64,000 bases of DNA from the NCBI RefSeq assembly GCF_009914755.1, contig NC_060934.1, one strand, 5' to 3'. Positions 14,340-28,179 of this stretch are shown here, in pieces. The notes beneath the pieces were generated by a model. That model was not told the origin of the DNA. It was given only the letters and a program-made list of their open reading frames with translations, and searched no databases. The first letter of the stretch is position 1; each line of letters starts with the position of its first letter. The stretch comes from the human T2T-CHM13v2.0 reference genome, Homo sapiens. The position numbers were made by a program, and so were the translations under genes.

Positions 14340-14675
14340 AGCCAGGCATGGTGGCTCATGACTGTAATCCCAGCACTTTGGGAGGCTGAAGCAGAAGGAT
14401 TGCTTCAGGCCAGCAGTTTGAAACCAGCCTGGGCAACATAGTGAGACCCCTCTGCCATCTCTACAAAAAAAATAAAACTAAACCAGCTGAGCATTATGGT
14501 ATGTGCTTGTGATCTCAGCTTCTCGGGAGGCAGAGGTAGAAGTATCACTTAAGCCTGGGAGACTGGGATCACACCACTGCACTCCAGCCTGGGTGACAGA
14601 GCAAGACCCTGAAAAAAAAAAAAAGGAAAGGGAAGGGAAGGGAAGGGAAGGGAATGGAAAGGAAGAAAGGAAGGA
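14340..14675 (+). mobile_element. Alu (J-like) with (GGAAG)n tail
   Basis: Full Alu; TSD aactggaagtg encloses the microsatellite. Confidence 0.92.
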
Positions 14676-15299
14676 ACTGGAAGTGGATGGAGAGGAGCCC
14701 AGCATGCTGCGAATGGTGGGTATCGAGATTTCCAATGGTCAGTGGTCAACTCCTCCTTGCCAAGTCCTCCACCTAGAGGGTAATGATATCTATAACCCTA
14801 AAGAACAAGGTAGGAGGGAGCATGAATCTGGCTTCCGAAAACAGTAGAAACCAAAACAGTCTTATATTATTGGGACAACGGACAGCACTGTCCCAACTCA
14901 CCGTAAACACTGCAAAATGTGTGCATGTTCCACTGGAAATTTCCAAGATCAAGGAGAAACAGATGCATCCAAGGAATGGCCTCTGAGGTGGAGCGGAATG
15001 ATGGCTTATGGATTCCCACCAAGCTCAACACAAAGAAGCCCAGAAGGTACAACTGAGGGGCTCTCCCAGGAGACAGAGGGAAGAAATCTTTATAATAAAT
15101 GGACTGTCCACTTTGCCTCTACCATGATTACAAGCTAGAAGAAATATATAATGAATAGAGGCAATGCACAGCTATTAGAGAAACAAAAAGAGGGGTCAGG
15201 GTTCAATAAAATGTCATCGGGAGAGGTGAGGAAGACCAGAAGCAATGGATGAGGACAGAAACACGACAAAAATGGGAAGTGTGAATAATAAACATTATT

Positions 15300-15485
15300 T
15301 TAAAAAAACTATACTCCAGGTGCTATGTTATGTGTTCCAAAATCAGCCTAATCCTCATGACAACCCTGCAAGGTACCCACAGGAGGCTCCGAGAGGTTTG
15401 GTAACTTGCCCAGAGTCACACAGCTAAAAAACTGCAAAACTCCATTTTGAACTCAAGTGCAGCTGATTCCAAAACATGTACTTTT
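15300..15485 (-). mobile_element. MIR
   Basis: aacttgcccagagtcacacagct core. Confidence 0.65.
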
Positions 15486-16558
15486 AGTAACGACACCAAA
15501 CTAAACTATTTAAAAAAAAAAAAAAAAAAAGATTAATGGGACAGAATATCTGCCAAGAAAACAGAGAGCGATTACTATCATTCCAGACACTCTAAGTAAG
15601 CAAAATTAAATTAAATTACCAAAAGTAAATAGCACATCGTAATAAATAACAGCCACTATCCATGACTTCATGATGTTCTTATACGTGATCTATTCCTACT
15701 TTGATTGTTCATTTGTAATTTAGCCTTCAAATCTGTTTGAAAGCAATTCAACAACAAAAGAGAACACGCTCAGTCATCTCTAGTTACAATATGTACACAG
15801 AGCTCTCAGATGTTAAGAGTCACGGCTGGCCTAGGAATTTTTATAATCAAGTTACATAGCACTAGTGGAACTTTTTCTGGGAATCTAAGTCAAGCTCTAA
15901 AGCCTATAATTCAAAGTAACATGAAGAAATTAGAGAAGGGCATTTTCATTAGCATGAAGCTTTGGAGTTGTGGCCAAAGGTTTTGAAAGAAAATGTAAAA
16001 TCCAATCAGACAGAATAAAATGATGATATAATCCTGCCAAGAGCAAAAGAAATGCAGAATGTAATCAAGCAGGAGGGGAAATCGGTTACAATTTGGATGA
16101 GGATACCCTACGTCCACTCAAATCAGAGGAAAGAAGAACATAAGGATATCAACCCAGGAGACCAAGGTTGAAAATCCATCGCATCTGAAGGGTGTGGACC
16201 ACTATCTGTTGTCAAAGAAATTATATGAGGTTTAGCCTCATGTTGTCATAGCAATGATGAAATGGATTTATCTGTCCAAAAAGAATGTGGACATATGGTT
16301 CCTCAACCCCAAATCTCTGCCAGATAAACAATTGTATAAGAGGCACGTATTAGCACATGTCGCACCTATTAGCATGGTAACCTCAACCCAACTCCCATTA
16401 TAGACCTGCTTTCCACAGTGCACATTTGTCTTGGCAACCTTGGGAAGGTACGGAATTAAATATAGAAATGCCGAAGTCTATGAAAGCCACAGTATTAATA
16501 ACTTTGTGTGAAGCTCAGAATAATCTTCGTACATTAGGGATTAAAGTATATGGAACAT

Positions 16559-17054
<496 letters not shown>

Positions 17055-17427
17055 TTATTCAAATACTTAGGAAAGTGTTTGCTAAGGTCTTCAGGTTTGC
17101 TTTATCAGGCATTTAAAGTGATTAAAAAGAAGATTAGACATATTTATTTACAAATACAATTTTAAATGTTTAAGAAGATGTAATTAAGTTACAAATTGAA
17201 TGGATTAATGGGAATATAGTCTGTCCAGCCTGAGTTTATCAAGCATCATTTAAAGCAAACACCCATAAATGATTTGTTCTTATTTCCTACTCTACTTTCT
17301 AGATTTATATATAGAATAACAAGACATTTACGGTAAAATAAAATCACACAATGAAAAAATATAGTTTTCAACTTGAATAAATCAATACTAATTAAAAACT
17401 AATATCAATTTAAAACTAATATGAATT

Positions 17428-17660
17428 ACAATGGGAACACATGGACACAGAGAGGGGAACATCACACATGGGGGCCTGTCGGGGAGTGGAGGGCAAGGGG
17501 AGGGAGAGCATTAGGACAAATATCTAACGCATGCATGGCTTAAAACCTAGATGGTGGGTTGATAGGTGCAGCAAACCACCATGGCGCATGTATACCTAGG
17601 TAACAAACCTGCATGTTCTGCACATGTTTCCCAGAACTTAAAGTAAAATTAAAAAAAAAA
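17428..17660 (+). mobile_element. L1PA (7/8-like) 3' end, 5'-truncated
   Basis: Canonical primate L1 3' UTR with poly-A; TSD-like ctaatat(g/c)aatt. Confidence 0.93.
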
Positions 17661-17689
17661 GCTAATATCAATTTTGGTCCCATCAATAA

Positions 17690-18235
17690 CGGAAACCCTG
17701 AATCTAATCATGAGGAGACATCAAATAAATATAAAACAAGAGGTATTCGACAAAAAAAAAAAAAACCTGCTCTATGCTCTTCAAAAATCTCACTATATGA
17801 AAGAAAAGAAAGAAATGTCCCAGATTAAAGACACCAAAAAGACATGAAACAATAAACTGCATGATCTTGGATTTTCTTTTGCTAAAAATGGCATTATTGT
17901 TTCATTTAGTGAAATCTGAACGAGGTCTGTAGATTAGATAATATGACAGTATCAATGTTAATTTCCCAGTTTTGAAAGTTATATGGTATTTATGTAAGGG
18001 AATGCCTTCGTTTTTAGGAAATACACAGTGCATTATTTAGGGGCAACGAGACATCTTATCTGCACTTACCTCAATGGTTTCAGGAGAAAAAAATAGCATA
18101 TAGAGAAAAAGGATAAAACAAATGTATCAAAATATGACCATTTGGAGAATTTGGAAAAAAGCATACAAGAATTTTTCATGATATTCTTGCAACTTTTCTG
18201 TTTGTCTAATATTACATCAAAATAAAAGTTGAAAC
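17690..18235 (+). mobile_element. Old L1 (L1MC/ME) 3' end
   Basis: ttcttgcaacttttctg...aaaataaaagtt terminus. Confidence 0.7.
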
Positions 18236-19351
18236 AATGAAAAACTAATATTTAAAGTAAAAGTGTTGTTGTTTATTTAATGCCACCCTTGAACATCAAA
18301 AATCACCCATTGACAGAGAAACACAAAAAAGATGGTTAAAAGCTGAAAAAGTAAAACTAAGAGACTAGAACAAGATTGAATAAAATGAACAAAAGGGAAA
18401 ATTCCCATTCTTAATAAAAGTCAGAAAATCTCAGAGTGTGTTATCTGAAGTATGTTAATCTTTCCTCTGCCTTGAACCCAAAATTGATAACATCCCTTTG
18501 GATGAAGCTCTGATGCAAAGCATGTGAGATGTTCACGGCAAATACCTGTCCCAAGGTTCTACCCATAGGGTGCCTGAGGTCCAGGATTATTCTCCCACTC
18601 CACCTCCCACGCCTTCAGCAGAACTCCTGTTCTAGAAAATCTTCCTCTTGACATAATACTATATCCTTCTAGGTAGAAGACAGGCCCTGCCCCTGGTATC
18701 CAAACATCAACTCCAGCCTGGCCGGGATTAAAGGGTTTTGAATCACTCTCTGTAATAGGACAAAAGACCTCATTCAGTGGCAAAACTTGTAGGAACAACA
18801 ATTCTCTTAGCACTCTCCTTGGTAATATAACCCACTATTCCTAAGCATTCACTCTTGGTGGTATTCCTAATACACAGACATCTGACTTAAAATATGCCAG
18901 CCTTTCTCAGAGACCATGACCACATGGACCAACCAAATAGCCTAGAAATATTTATGACTTCACCCTGGGTTGCACCAGCCCTGTCTACTAGCACAGCCTG
19001 AGCCACCTATGTACTGCAGCCACACAGACTCCAGCTTGGCTTACTCTGACAGCACCACAGGACACCACCCCAGAAGTTCCAGATCACCTTACCACTCAGT
19101 CCATGGCAAAACTACCCATTCAGGGTGTATAAGAGAATACTTGGGCAAACAAGCGAGCACAGGAGTCAACAGCCACCTGTGAAACAAACTAAACAAGACA
19201 AAGAAGTTTTCCAACAGCGTCAGTTATGAAAAATCAAAATGAGCATCTAAGGGAAATTGTGGGATCCTTTTCTCTATTTAAAATCATGGAAAAATGATTT
19301 ACTTTTAATATTTCAAATACTCCATGCCTGAAAACAGGAGATAGACTATAT

Positions 19352-19630
19352 CAGGGGCCCCCAACCCCCAGGGCGGCAGACGGTATGGCGAGCATTACTG
19401 CTACTGCCTTCTGAGATCAGCGGTGGTATTAGAGTCTCACAGGAGCATGGCCCCTGCTATGAACTGCGCGTGTGAGGGATCCCAGTTGTGCTCCTTATGA
19501 GAATCTAACTAATGCCTGAAGATCTGAGGTGGGACAGTGTCATCCTGAAACCATCCTCCTGCCCCCCACCCCCAACATCTGTGGAAACCACAAAACCTGT
19601 CCCTGGTGCCAAAAAGGTTGGGGATGGCTG
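19352..19630 (+). mobile_element. MER1-like hAT-Charlie MITE
   Basis: Terminal inverted repeats caggggcccccaacc / ggttggggatggctg; 8-bp TSD gact(a/t)tat. Confidence 0.88.
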
Positions 19631-19857
19631 GACTTTATAATCTTCAGGTAGTTATACAGTGGTGAATTTGAGACTTAAGTGTGTGTGGGGTGTGTGTGTG
19701 TGTGGGTATGTGTGATTAAAGTATAGAAATACCTAACAATTATCCTTTTATTAATTCAACAAGGGTCAACTAAGTACATGTTATATGCATAATGTGAATG
19801 TAGAAAAAGAGGAGTTTTCATAAACATGTTCAAAGGGAGGTTAAACTTTAAGCATGA

Positions 19858-20187
<330 letters not shown>

Positions 20188-21134
20188 CTACTTAGCACAA
20201 CAATTCAATGCAATAAGTACAACCAGACTCATTTTCAAGGTAAGAAATCCTAAGGTAAAAGAAAGGAGAACATAGACAAATATCAGAAAGATATAAAATG
20301 GCCCAATCAGAAGTCCCAAAACAGTTGAAGAGGACCCCAAATTCTAGTCTTCAATCTGGAATAACTGAGTGCCTTGGCAAACCACCCCACTTCCCCAGAT
20401 CTTAGATTCCCTACGTGTTCAATAAGTGACTTGAACCAGAGAGCTCTGAAGGTTGCTTCCAGCCTTTACGAACAAATAAATACATCTAGATTTTCTATTC
20501 TAGGACTTAGCCCCATCAAAAAACATCACAAGCCAGATCAGGATAAGACAAGAAAAGAAAAAAAAAAAGCTTAAAATAAGACCATTCCAGAAAAACTTTA
20601 TATCAAGTTTACTCTTTTACACAGAAAAGGAGAATGGTAATTATTCAATCAGAAAAAAAGAAATGATGATTATTCGAATAAGATACCACTGAAAACTCCA
20701 ACAAGGAGAGAAGGATTTTTGCTTCAAGTATTTTGTGATTACTGACAATAGTTATGTTCTCTGGTCTCTGTAATGAGAGGCATCTGCAGCACTGTTTGTG
20801 CCCTTGGAGGGCAGAAAGGTGGCACTGCCAAGGGGCTGTCACTCTACTCCTCCTTTGTCTTTGTATCCACCTCCTAAGGAACAAAGACACAGTCATTGCC
20901 CTCAGGCCCTCAGTTACCTTCACTTTTTCCCAGGATTAGGTAACACCTGCAGATGGGGCTGGATGGCTGCTGGTACTAGAAGAAACCTGTGCTGGGCACC
21001 GTTCCCCTTCCTTAACCCAGTGGCTTCCCTGGTACTGCATTCAACCATCCAAATCGCCCTACAAGGTAACGCACCCTCCTTGGCCAGTTGAGCCTCCCAA
21101 ATAACCCCCTCTTGCTCAAATAAAATCAGAATGG

Positions 21135-21439
21135 GGCCGGGTGCTGTGGCTCACGCCTGTAATCCCAGCACTTTGGGAGGCCGAGGTGGGGGAATCACCC
21201 AAAGTCAGGAGTTCAAGACCAGCCTGGCCAACCTGGCAAAACCTTGTCTGGACTAAAAATACAAAAATAAGCCAGGTGTGGTGGCACGTGCCTGTAATCC
21301 CAGCTACCTCAGAGGCTGAGACACGAGAATCACTTGAACCCGGGGAGTTGGAGGTTGCAATGAGCCGAGATCATGTCACTGCACTCCAGCCTGGGAGACA
21401 GAGTGAGACTCTGTCTCAAAAAATGAAAAAAGAAAAAAA
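21135..21439 (+). mobile_element. Alu (S-like)
   Basis: Full Alu. Confidence 0.95.
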
Positions 21440-21759
21440 GGCAGATTGGAATAGGAAGAGCCAGGTTCCAACCCAAGCCCCATCATATAAGGCCAAGTGA
21501 CTGTAACTAGCTATTCACGTCATATGTCTCTCATCTCCTCTGTAAAATAGTGGTTAGCATGGGCTCTCTCCTCTCAATGAAAAAGTATATAAAATGAAAT
21601 GAAAAAGTATTAAACATGTTCAAGTATATAAAAAGCCCCTTCAAATTAAAAAAAAAAAAAAGATATCTCTCCAAGCACAAAAAAGGGGTAGATAAAAAGG
21701 CTAACCACAGAAGTAAAAATGGCAAAAAAATAAAATAAAAGATGCTCGTGGATAGAACA

Positions 21760-22160
21760 AGAAACCAAAAATAACACAACCATTAGATATTACTTTTCAT
21801 CCAGCAAACTGGTAAAATTGGAAAGATTAGATTCACAAGATAGGGAAAGATGGGTATTCTCTTACATTTTGTCTGGGACAGTAGGTTGCTATTGCCCTTT
21901 GGTGTGTTTGATAGTGGCCAACAAAATATGAAATATATAAGCCTTCTGGCTTGGCAAAATCTCTTTCAGTACTCCCCTACAGAAATATTCTCACATATGC
22001 CAAAGTTATTTGTATAAAGCTGTTCAATGCAGCACTATTTATTTAAATGTCCATTAATTGGGGAATGGTTAAATAAATGATGGAACACCTATTTTATAGG
22101 ATATCAAAATGCCATTAAAAAGGATTAAATAGATCTATTGATTTGTTCTGACATGAACTA
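21760..22160 (+). mobile_element. Old L1 (L1ME-like) fragment
   Basis: aatgtccattaattggggaatggttaaataaatga motif. Confidence 0.6.
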
Positions 22161-22665
22161 TATTATGGAACTAGAATAGTGCCTGACACTTAGGAACCAC
22201 TCGGTAAGTATCTGTTGAATAAATGAATATGTATACACCTTTTCATAGCACTTTACATAATCTATCTCCTCTCATTCTTATGCCAACCCTACAATATGAG
22301 CCAAGTGGCTGTTATTGTGCACTCTGTAAGGATGAGGAAATTAAAATCCAAGGAGGTTATGACCTGCCGAACATCCCAAACATAAAGTATGGAACCAAAA
22401 CAGAATCAGATCTACCGGTCAGTACTCTTTGGTGGCTGACATCCATTCTGCCTGCAACAAGGCTAACCTGCACGCAAACCCTGTAGGGAAATGCCAAGGG
22501 CTCCGGCAGCTGGAGAGTAACTCAGTAATTGCTTGCTGATTTGGACTGACTGAATCTTCTTTTACCAGCAAAGCCCTCCATTAGGTGAGGCTCGGCTCTC
22601 TGGACCGCAGCTCGGGCCCATTGGGCATCTAACAACAGGTCTGAAAGGAGGTCATTCAACAACAG

Positions 22666-23314
22666 GTCACCATGGAAACCCTAACCCCCTCCTCGCCCCT
22701 GGAACAAAATGGAGTGGGAAGGCAAAGAGGAGCATTTGTTAAGCGCCCGCTATGAGCCAGGCACCATGAATAGGGAAAAATTCATTTGAGTCTTCCTTTA
22801 CAAATCTCCAAAAGAAAAAGAAACTGTGCATTGTTAAACAAAGTACAGAACAGGCCTGCGTCGCTGCTTAATCTAGGTCAGTGATAACTGCAAAGGAAGT
22901 TTATTTCATGCAGAGGGTACTCCGTTCACCCCTCTTACAGCTGCACGTGTCAGGCAGCATCATTTACATCACCACGTGGCCCTGTCTCAGCACACCCATG
23001 CAGTATAAACCTGCCCCCAACACATACTCTACCTGTTCATGTCTGGAATGTACATTTCAGCCACACAAGAAAAAAATGACTGGTTGATTAGTAAAGCACA
23101 AACACTCTCTCTCATATAAGCTAGAGGACAGCCAATATCTTCAGAAATTTCAGGTGCCATGCTTTCCATAGAGTAGATTCTTCTTTCACTTTTAGCCATC
23201 CTACTCCTGCATTATCAGAAAATGGTGAAAATGGTGCTGTGTTTGGGCATTGTTACCTTGGAACTTTCATCTTAATTACAGAAGCTCTTAGCAACCGTTG
23301 CTTAGTAACAAACA
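22666..23314. promoter_or_regulatory. RFX X-box / forkhead motif cluster around the nested first exon
   Basis: GTCACCATGGAAAC at 22666-22679, GTTACCTTGGAAC at 23252-23264, GTTGCTTAGTAAC at 23297-23309 (preceded by a TAGCAAC half-site), ACAAACA at 23308-23314. Confidence 0.5.
23033..23199 (-). CDS. C10orf113: Nested first coding exon (C10orf113 model; possible alternative NEBL first exon): MAKSERRIYSMESMAPEISEDIGCPLAYMRESVCALLINQSFFSCVAEMYIPDMN
   Basis: aggATGg strong Kozak context at 23199; 55 codons plus AG; donor AG|gtagag at 23032 (phase 2); not in an obvious repeat. Below the ORF-track length cut-off. Confidence 0.75.
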
Positions 23315-24549
23315 CATTTGAAATAGATTTGTTGACTGATTATGAGATGCTCTGAAAAGTCTGTAGAATGAAATTCACTGATGGAAAAGAATTGCAATGC
23401 CCTGGTAAAGTAAAAATTTTTTTTAACTACAAAAGTATTCACAAAACTTGGGCTATGAGCAGGTCCCAAAGATATTACTGAACTTCTGGAATAGTTTCAT
23501 AATATTTTATGCTGCTTTATGGCTGGTCTATTATTTTCATAATCAATTCGGACACAATTATCTGACTAAACAGCTGTCGAAGCTCTGGGAGATAGGCCTT
23601 AGGGTTTTAGTCAATGCAGAATTCTGCACAGAAAATCAATGGCTTCTTGATTTCCACGGGTTCACAAGGTCCTCCCTGCCATAACGCCTCTTCCCACTCA
23701 AGATTTCTGAAGGGCCTGAGGCTTCTAGTGACTCTTCAAGTCAGAAGCAAAAACCAAGGAAAGCTTTGCCTCCATCTTTCCAATAATATTTCTTCAGCAC
23801 CTATTAATAAAATCTGTGATAAAAAGTAGAAATGGAGATGCGTTTAGGACTACATCCACGCACATCTTCCCCAAAGCAAAACCCCAACCCCACACACACT
23901 CCCCTCTCTGAGCCTGGGACCTCCTCCTGCCTCTCAACAAGGTCTCATTGCACGTTAGCCATTTTCACCTCAAAAACTAGGAACCTTCGCCCAGTTTCTC
24001 AGAAGAAGGGGTCCTCATCAGCAGAGAAAGTCCCTCTCCTCCCTTGTATCTTTCTGGAATTCTTCTCTGACCCTGTTTCTCCTCCGGTTTTTTTTTTTTT
24101 TTTTTTAGACAAACCTCTCAAAGGAGGAGCCTCCCTTCACTGGCTTTCCCTTCTCACTTCCCACTCAGTCCTCAACCCACTGCAGGCTAACTTTACCTCC
24201 TGATTTCCTCTTTCAGTCACCATTGCTGTGGATTCCAGAAAGACTTCAATGAAGAGTAGTGTAAGTTTCCTCAGTCTTCTCTACTCCATAAGTCCTTTCT
24301 TCCCAGGGAGTCCTTGATATTTACCACGGTTCAAGCCTACATCCCTGAGTAAGAAGAATCCGCCTCCACGGAAGGAACAAGAGAACATCCACCAAGCGAG
24401 CACCTGTCCAGAACATTCTATCTGGTTGCCCAGAGCAACTCATGTTCCTCACAGTCTGCTTCACCCATTTACCTTAGCTACCCAGCCCCTTCAGCATTCG
24501 GACTTGAGGCTGCAGGCAGGAATCTTTGTACTGGCCTTCCTGTCGCCAA

Positions 24550-24895
24550 CCAAATTCAATTCACTCACAGGTTCCTTCATGAAACAAATATTTATCAATC
24601 ACAGATATTTATCACCATGCCAAGCATTGTCTTTAGGCAGTGATGATACAATAATGTCCAGAAAAAATAACGGAACTCTTCGTTATCTTATGGAGTTCAC
24701 AGGATGAAGAATTACTCAAATAAATATAAAATGAGTGCTAAGAAGAACTATACAAGGCTAGAAGAATTTACAGTAGAGAGCACTAGCCAGACCATCCCTG
24801 TTGACAGTTGAGGCCTAAAGGACAAAAAGTCATCAACAAGACAAAGATGTGTGGTGGGAGAAAGTTCCAGAAAGGGAATAACACGTGCAAATGTC
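24550..24895 (-). mobile_element. L2 fragment
   Basis: ttcattca-like 3' terminus in antisense, followed by L2-like body. Confidence 0.55.
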
Positions 24896-25187
24896 CCAGC
24901 TTCTTCTCAAATGATTTATCCAGTATACTCCTGTGATATTATGAAACATGTACATTGGTTTCCATCCACGTTCATGGCTCATCACTCCCAGGACGCTTGT
25001 TATTTCCTAAGTGACTGAAACAATAAGTATCTCTTCTGTTAAAGTATGTGGACTTTGGTCCGTGGTTCCCAAAGCAGCTTTGGAATAGCATCAGTGATGA
25101 AGGTGAAAGACAGCCCTGTGGTAGAATGTTGGGATTCTTTAGGCCTCAGAAAACAGAACCTCTCAGGCAGAGTTTTATCCTGCCCTC

Positions 25188-25516
25188 CTTTTTTGTTGTC
25201 GTTGTTGTTTTGTTTTTGTTTTTGTTTTTGTTTTTTAGACAGAGTCTCACTCTGTTGCCGGGCTGGAGTGCAGTGGCGTGATCTCAGCTCACTGCAACTT
25301 CCACCTCCTGCGTGGAAGCGATTGGCCTGCCTCAGCCTCCCGAGTAGCTGAGACTGCAGGCACATACCACCATGCCCAGCTAATTTTTGTATTCGTAGTA
25401 GAGACAGGGTTTCACCATGTTGGCCAGGATGGTCTCAATCTCCTGACCTTAAGTGATGCACCCGCCTCAGCCTCCCAAAGTGCTGGGATTACAGGTGTGA
25501 GCCACCACGCCCGGCC
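25188..25516 (-). mobile_element. Alu (S-like) with (TTTTTG)n tail
   Basis: Full antisense Alu. Confidence 0.95.
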
Positions 25517-25980
25517 CCTGTCCTCCTTTTGTCTGCTCCTTTTTCTCCCCAAGACAGGCCATAGAAACTAAAAATATGCTCTCACCTTCCCCTACCTTTC
25601 CATAAAGAAATTCTCTGATGTCCATTGTCTGACTGTGGGTCACAAGACCCCCATTTCAGAAGGGGTCCTGCCCCATACCCAGGAGGAAGGAATCCTGCAC
25701 AGAGAGCCCAAGAAGAACCTGAAAGGACGGGACTGGCTGGGTTTCCCCACTCGTCTGTTAGGATTAGATCATTCCCTCTGTGTCTAATCACATTTCTCCA
25801 TGGGTGTCCACGCTTCAATCACACCTATCCGGTGAAGCGTCCCAAAAAGGCCCAAGAGAACACTGTAGTGAGAACTTCGGGGCAGCTGTTCCTGGAGGGG
25901 GTGCAGCAGGGGAGGGCAGGGAAGCTCTGTAACCCTTCCTCACCTTACGCACCTCGTCGTCGGTATCCTTTGCAATAGTC

Positions 25981-26281
<301 letters not shown>

Positions 26282-28179
26282 TGTAAGTCTTTCTAATAAA
26301 CCAGTAAACATAAGCAAGGGTCTCCCTGAGTTCTGTGAGCCACTCTAGCAAATTAACAGAATCCAAGGACAGAGTTCTGGGAACCCTGATTAATAGCCCG
26401 TTGGTCACAAGCACAGATAAAGCCAACTGGAGCTTGCGATTGGCATTGGAAGTGGGTGACGGGGGCGGTCTTGTAGGACTGAGCCCTCAACCTGTGGGAT
26501 CTGGTGCTATGTCCAGGTAGATAGGGTTGGAATTGAATTAGAGGACACCCAGCTGATGTCCACTGCAGAACTGATCACTTGCTTGGTATGTGTGGGAAAA
26601 TCCCTCACACATCTGGTCACAGAATTCTTCTGTGTTGATTGCTGTGGGGTAAAAGCAGAGGAAAAACAGTTTGTGTTTTTTCCACTCAGAACTCTCCCCT
26701 TAGAGAGGTTCTCTACTTAAGTTATGTTCCTTTTTTAGCATATTATTATTGACTTCTAAACTAAATAAAGGCTCCCATTGCAAAATCAGAGCAACAATTA
26801 TTTTTGAAAGACTAAGACTGAAGTATGAAATAACGAAGGCCTCACTTTTAAATTATTTACAAAATAAATAAATAAAATATGGACCAAAAATATTTTTCTC
26901 TACTTCCATAGCCTCATTTATGTGCGGCTTGCATCTTTTTTAAACTAAGGATTTATATCGAACGGTTGGAAGCTTTCGCTTCTCATCAACTTTCTGACAA
27001 ATTCTGCTCAGAACAGCTGCTACCATAAAATTTAATTTGCTACTTCCCAAAAAAGTCACTTTGGTGTAAAATAACTTTGCCTTCCTGCTAATATTTTACA
27101 ACCAATTAAAGCTGAAATGATGGCTGGGAGTCTACCCAGTGAGGCTCCAACCACGGGCTTGCACAACTACAATATGTGAAGAAAAACATGAAGTCACATG
27201 TGCTGAAGAACATACAATATATCTCCAAACATTTGCACTGCCAAGAAAAGAAACTCGTGGGGTTGTTTGGCAAATATAAAAATGAGATGTGAAAACTTCA
27301 GAATTATTATCTGTGTAAATCCATTTCCATATTTCAAAAGTTTAAAAGACAGAATCATTACATGTTCCTAATTAATCTTTATAGTAATCATTCTTTGCAC
27401 ACCTTCTGTACAAAAGTCACACCCGAAGCCAACAGCATGGCACACCATGTTATGGCATTTATTATGAGCTCACAAAATGAAAACTTTCTTCAGATGTTTT
27501 CCTAGGTGTCCAAATTGTACAAGAAAATTAATAGGAAGTGGAATTTCACCAACTTCTTCAACCCTGGCTGAAGAACAAGGTTCCGTTGTCAAAACTCATT
27601 CACACCAAGGTGGTGCTCGATGCTCAAAAGAGGTGAGAGGAATGTTTCCTCAGCCAAGCCAAGGAAAATTAATGACCACCACTCAGAAATATACAGATTG
27701 TTAGGGCAATTCCCTGACCTCTGAGCATCACTGAAAGGCAGAGACGGGAAGGATGAAATGAGGGAGAGCAAAGAAAGGAACTGAAGTCATTTTTGGAGAA
27801 ATAAACAAGACTCGATTCTTCTGCAGGATTTTTCCAAGTTCCATTTAAAGCAATCTAGGCCAAAATTATATTCAGGAAACAAAAGATATGTCTTTGCACA
27901 TATAGCAACGCACACCATGTAATTCACCCTGCTTCAGTCAACAGTCATGACTTTGTCACTGATGATGACAGAATCCTCCTGCGTCACCACTCATGTGGTG
28001 AAACTTCCAGGGGGTCCAACTCCCTCAAGGACCATGGCTTCATGATAACTCTTGGTTCATTTTAATGACAAAATGCACTCTTGTTTACACCCAATGGGAT
28101 ATCATTACAGTAAATATGTGACTGTCCCTTTAGCACAAGCGCACACACACAAAAGTCCTTTTCTAGCCCATTAGTGCTT

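Noticed and set aside
15900-16550. Possible decayed reverse-transcriptase remnant (DDIIL near 16022)
   Set aside because: Only a five-residue resemblance; needs a Dfam search.
21141-21500. Alu-derived ORFs (also 25039-25571, 30852-31151, 47743-48036, 54245-54466 and others)
   Set aside because: Typical Alu translations.
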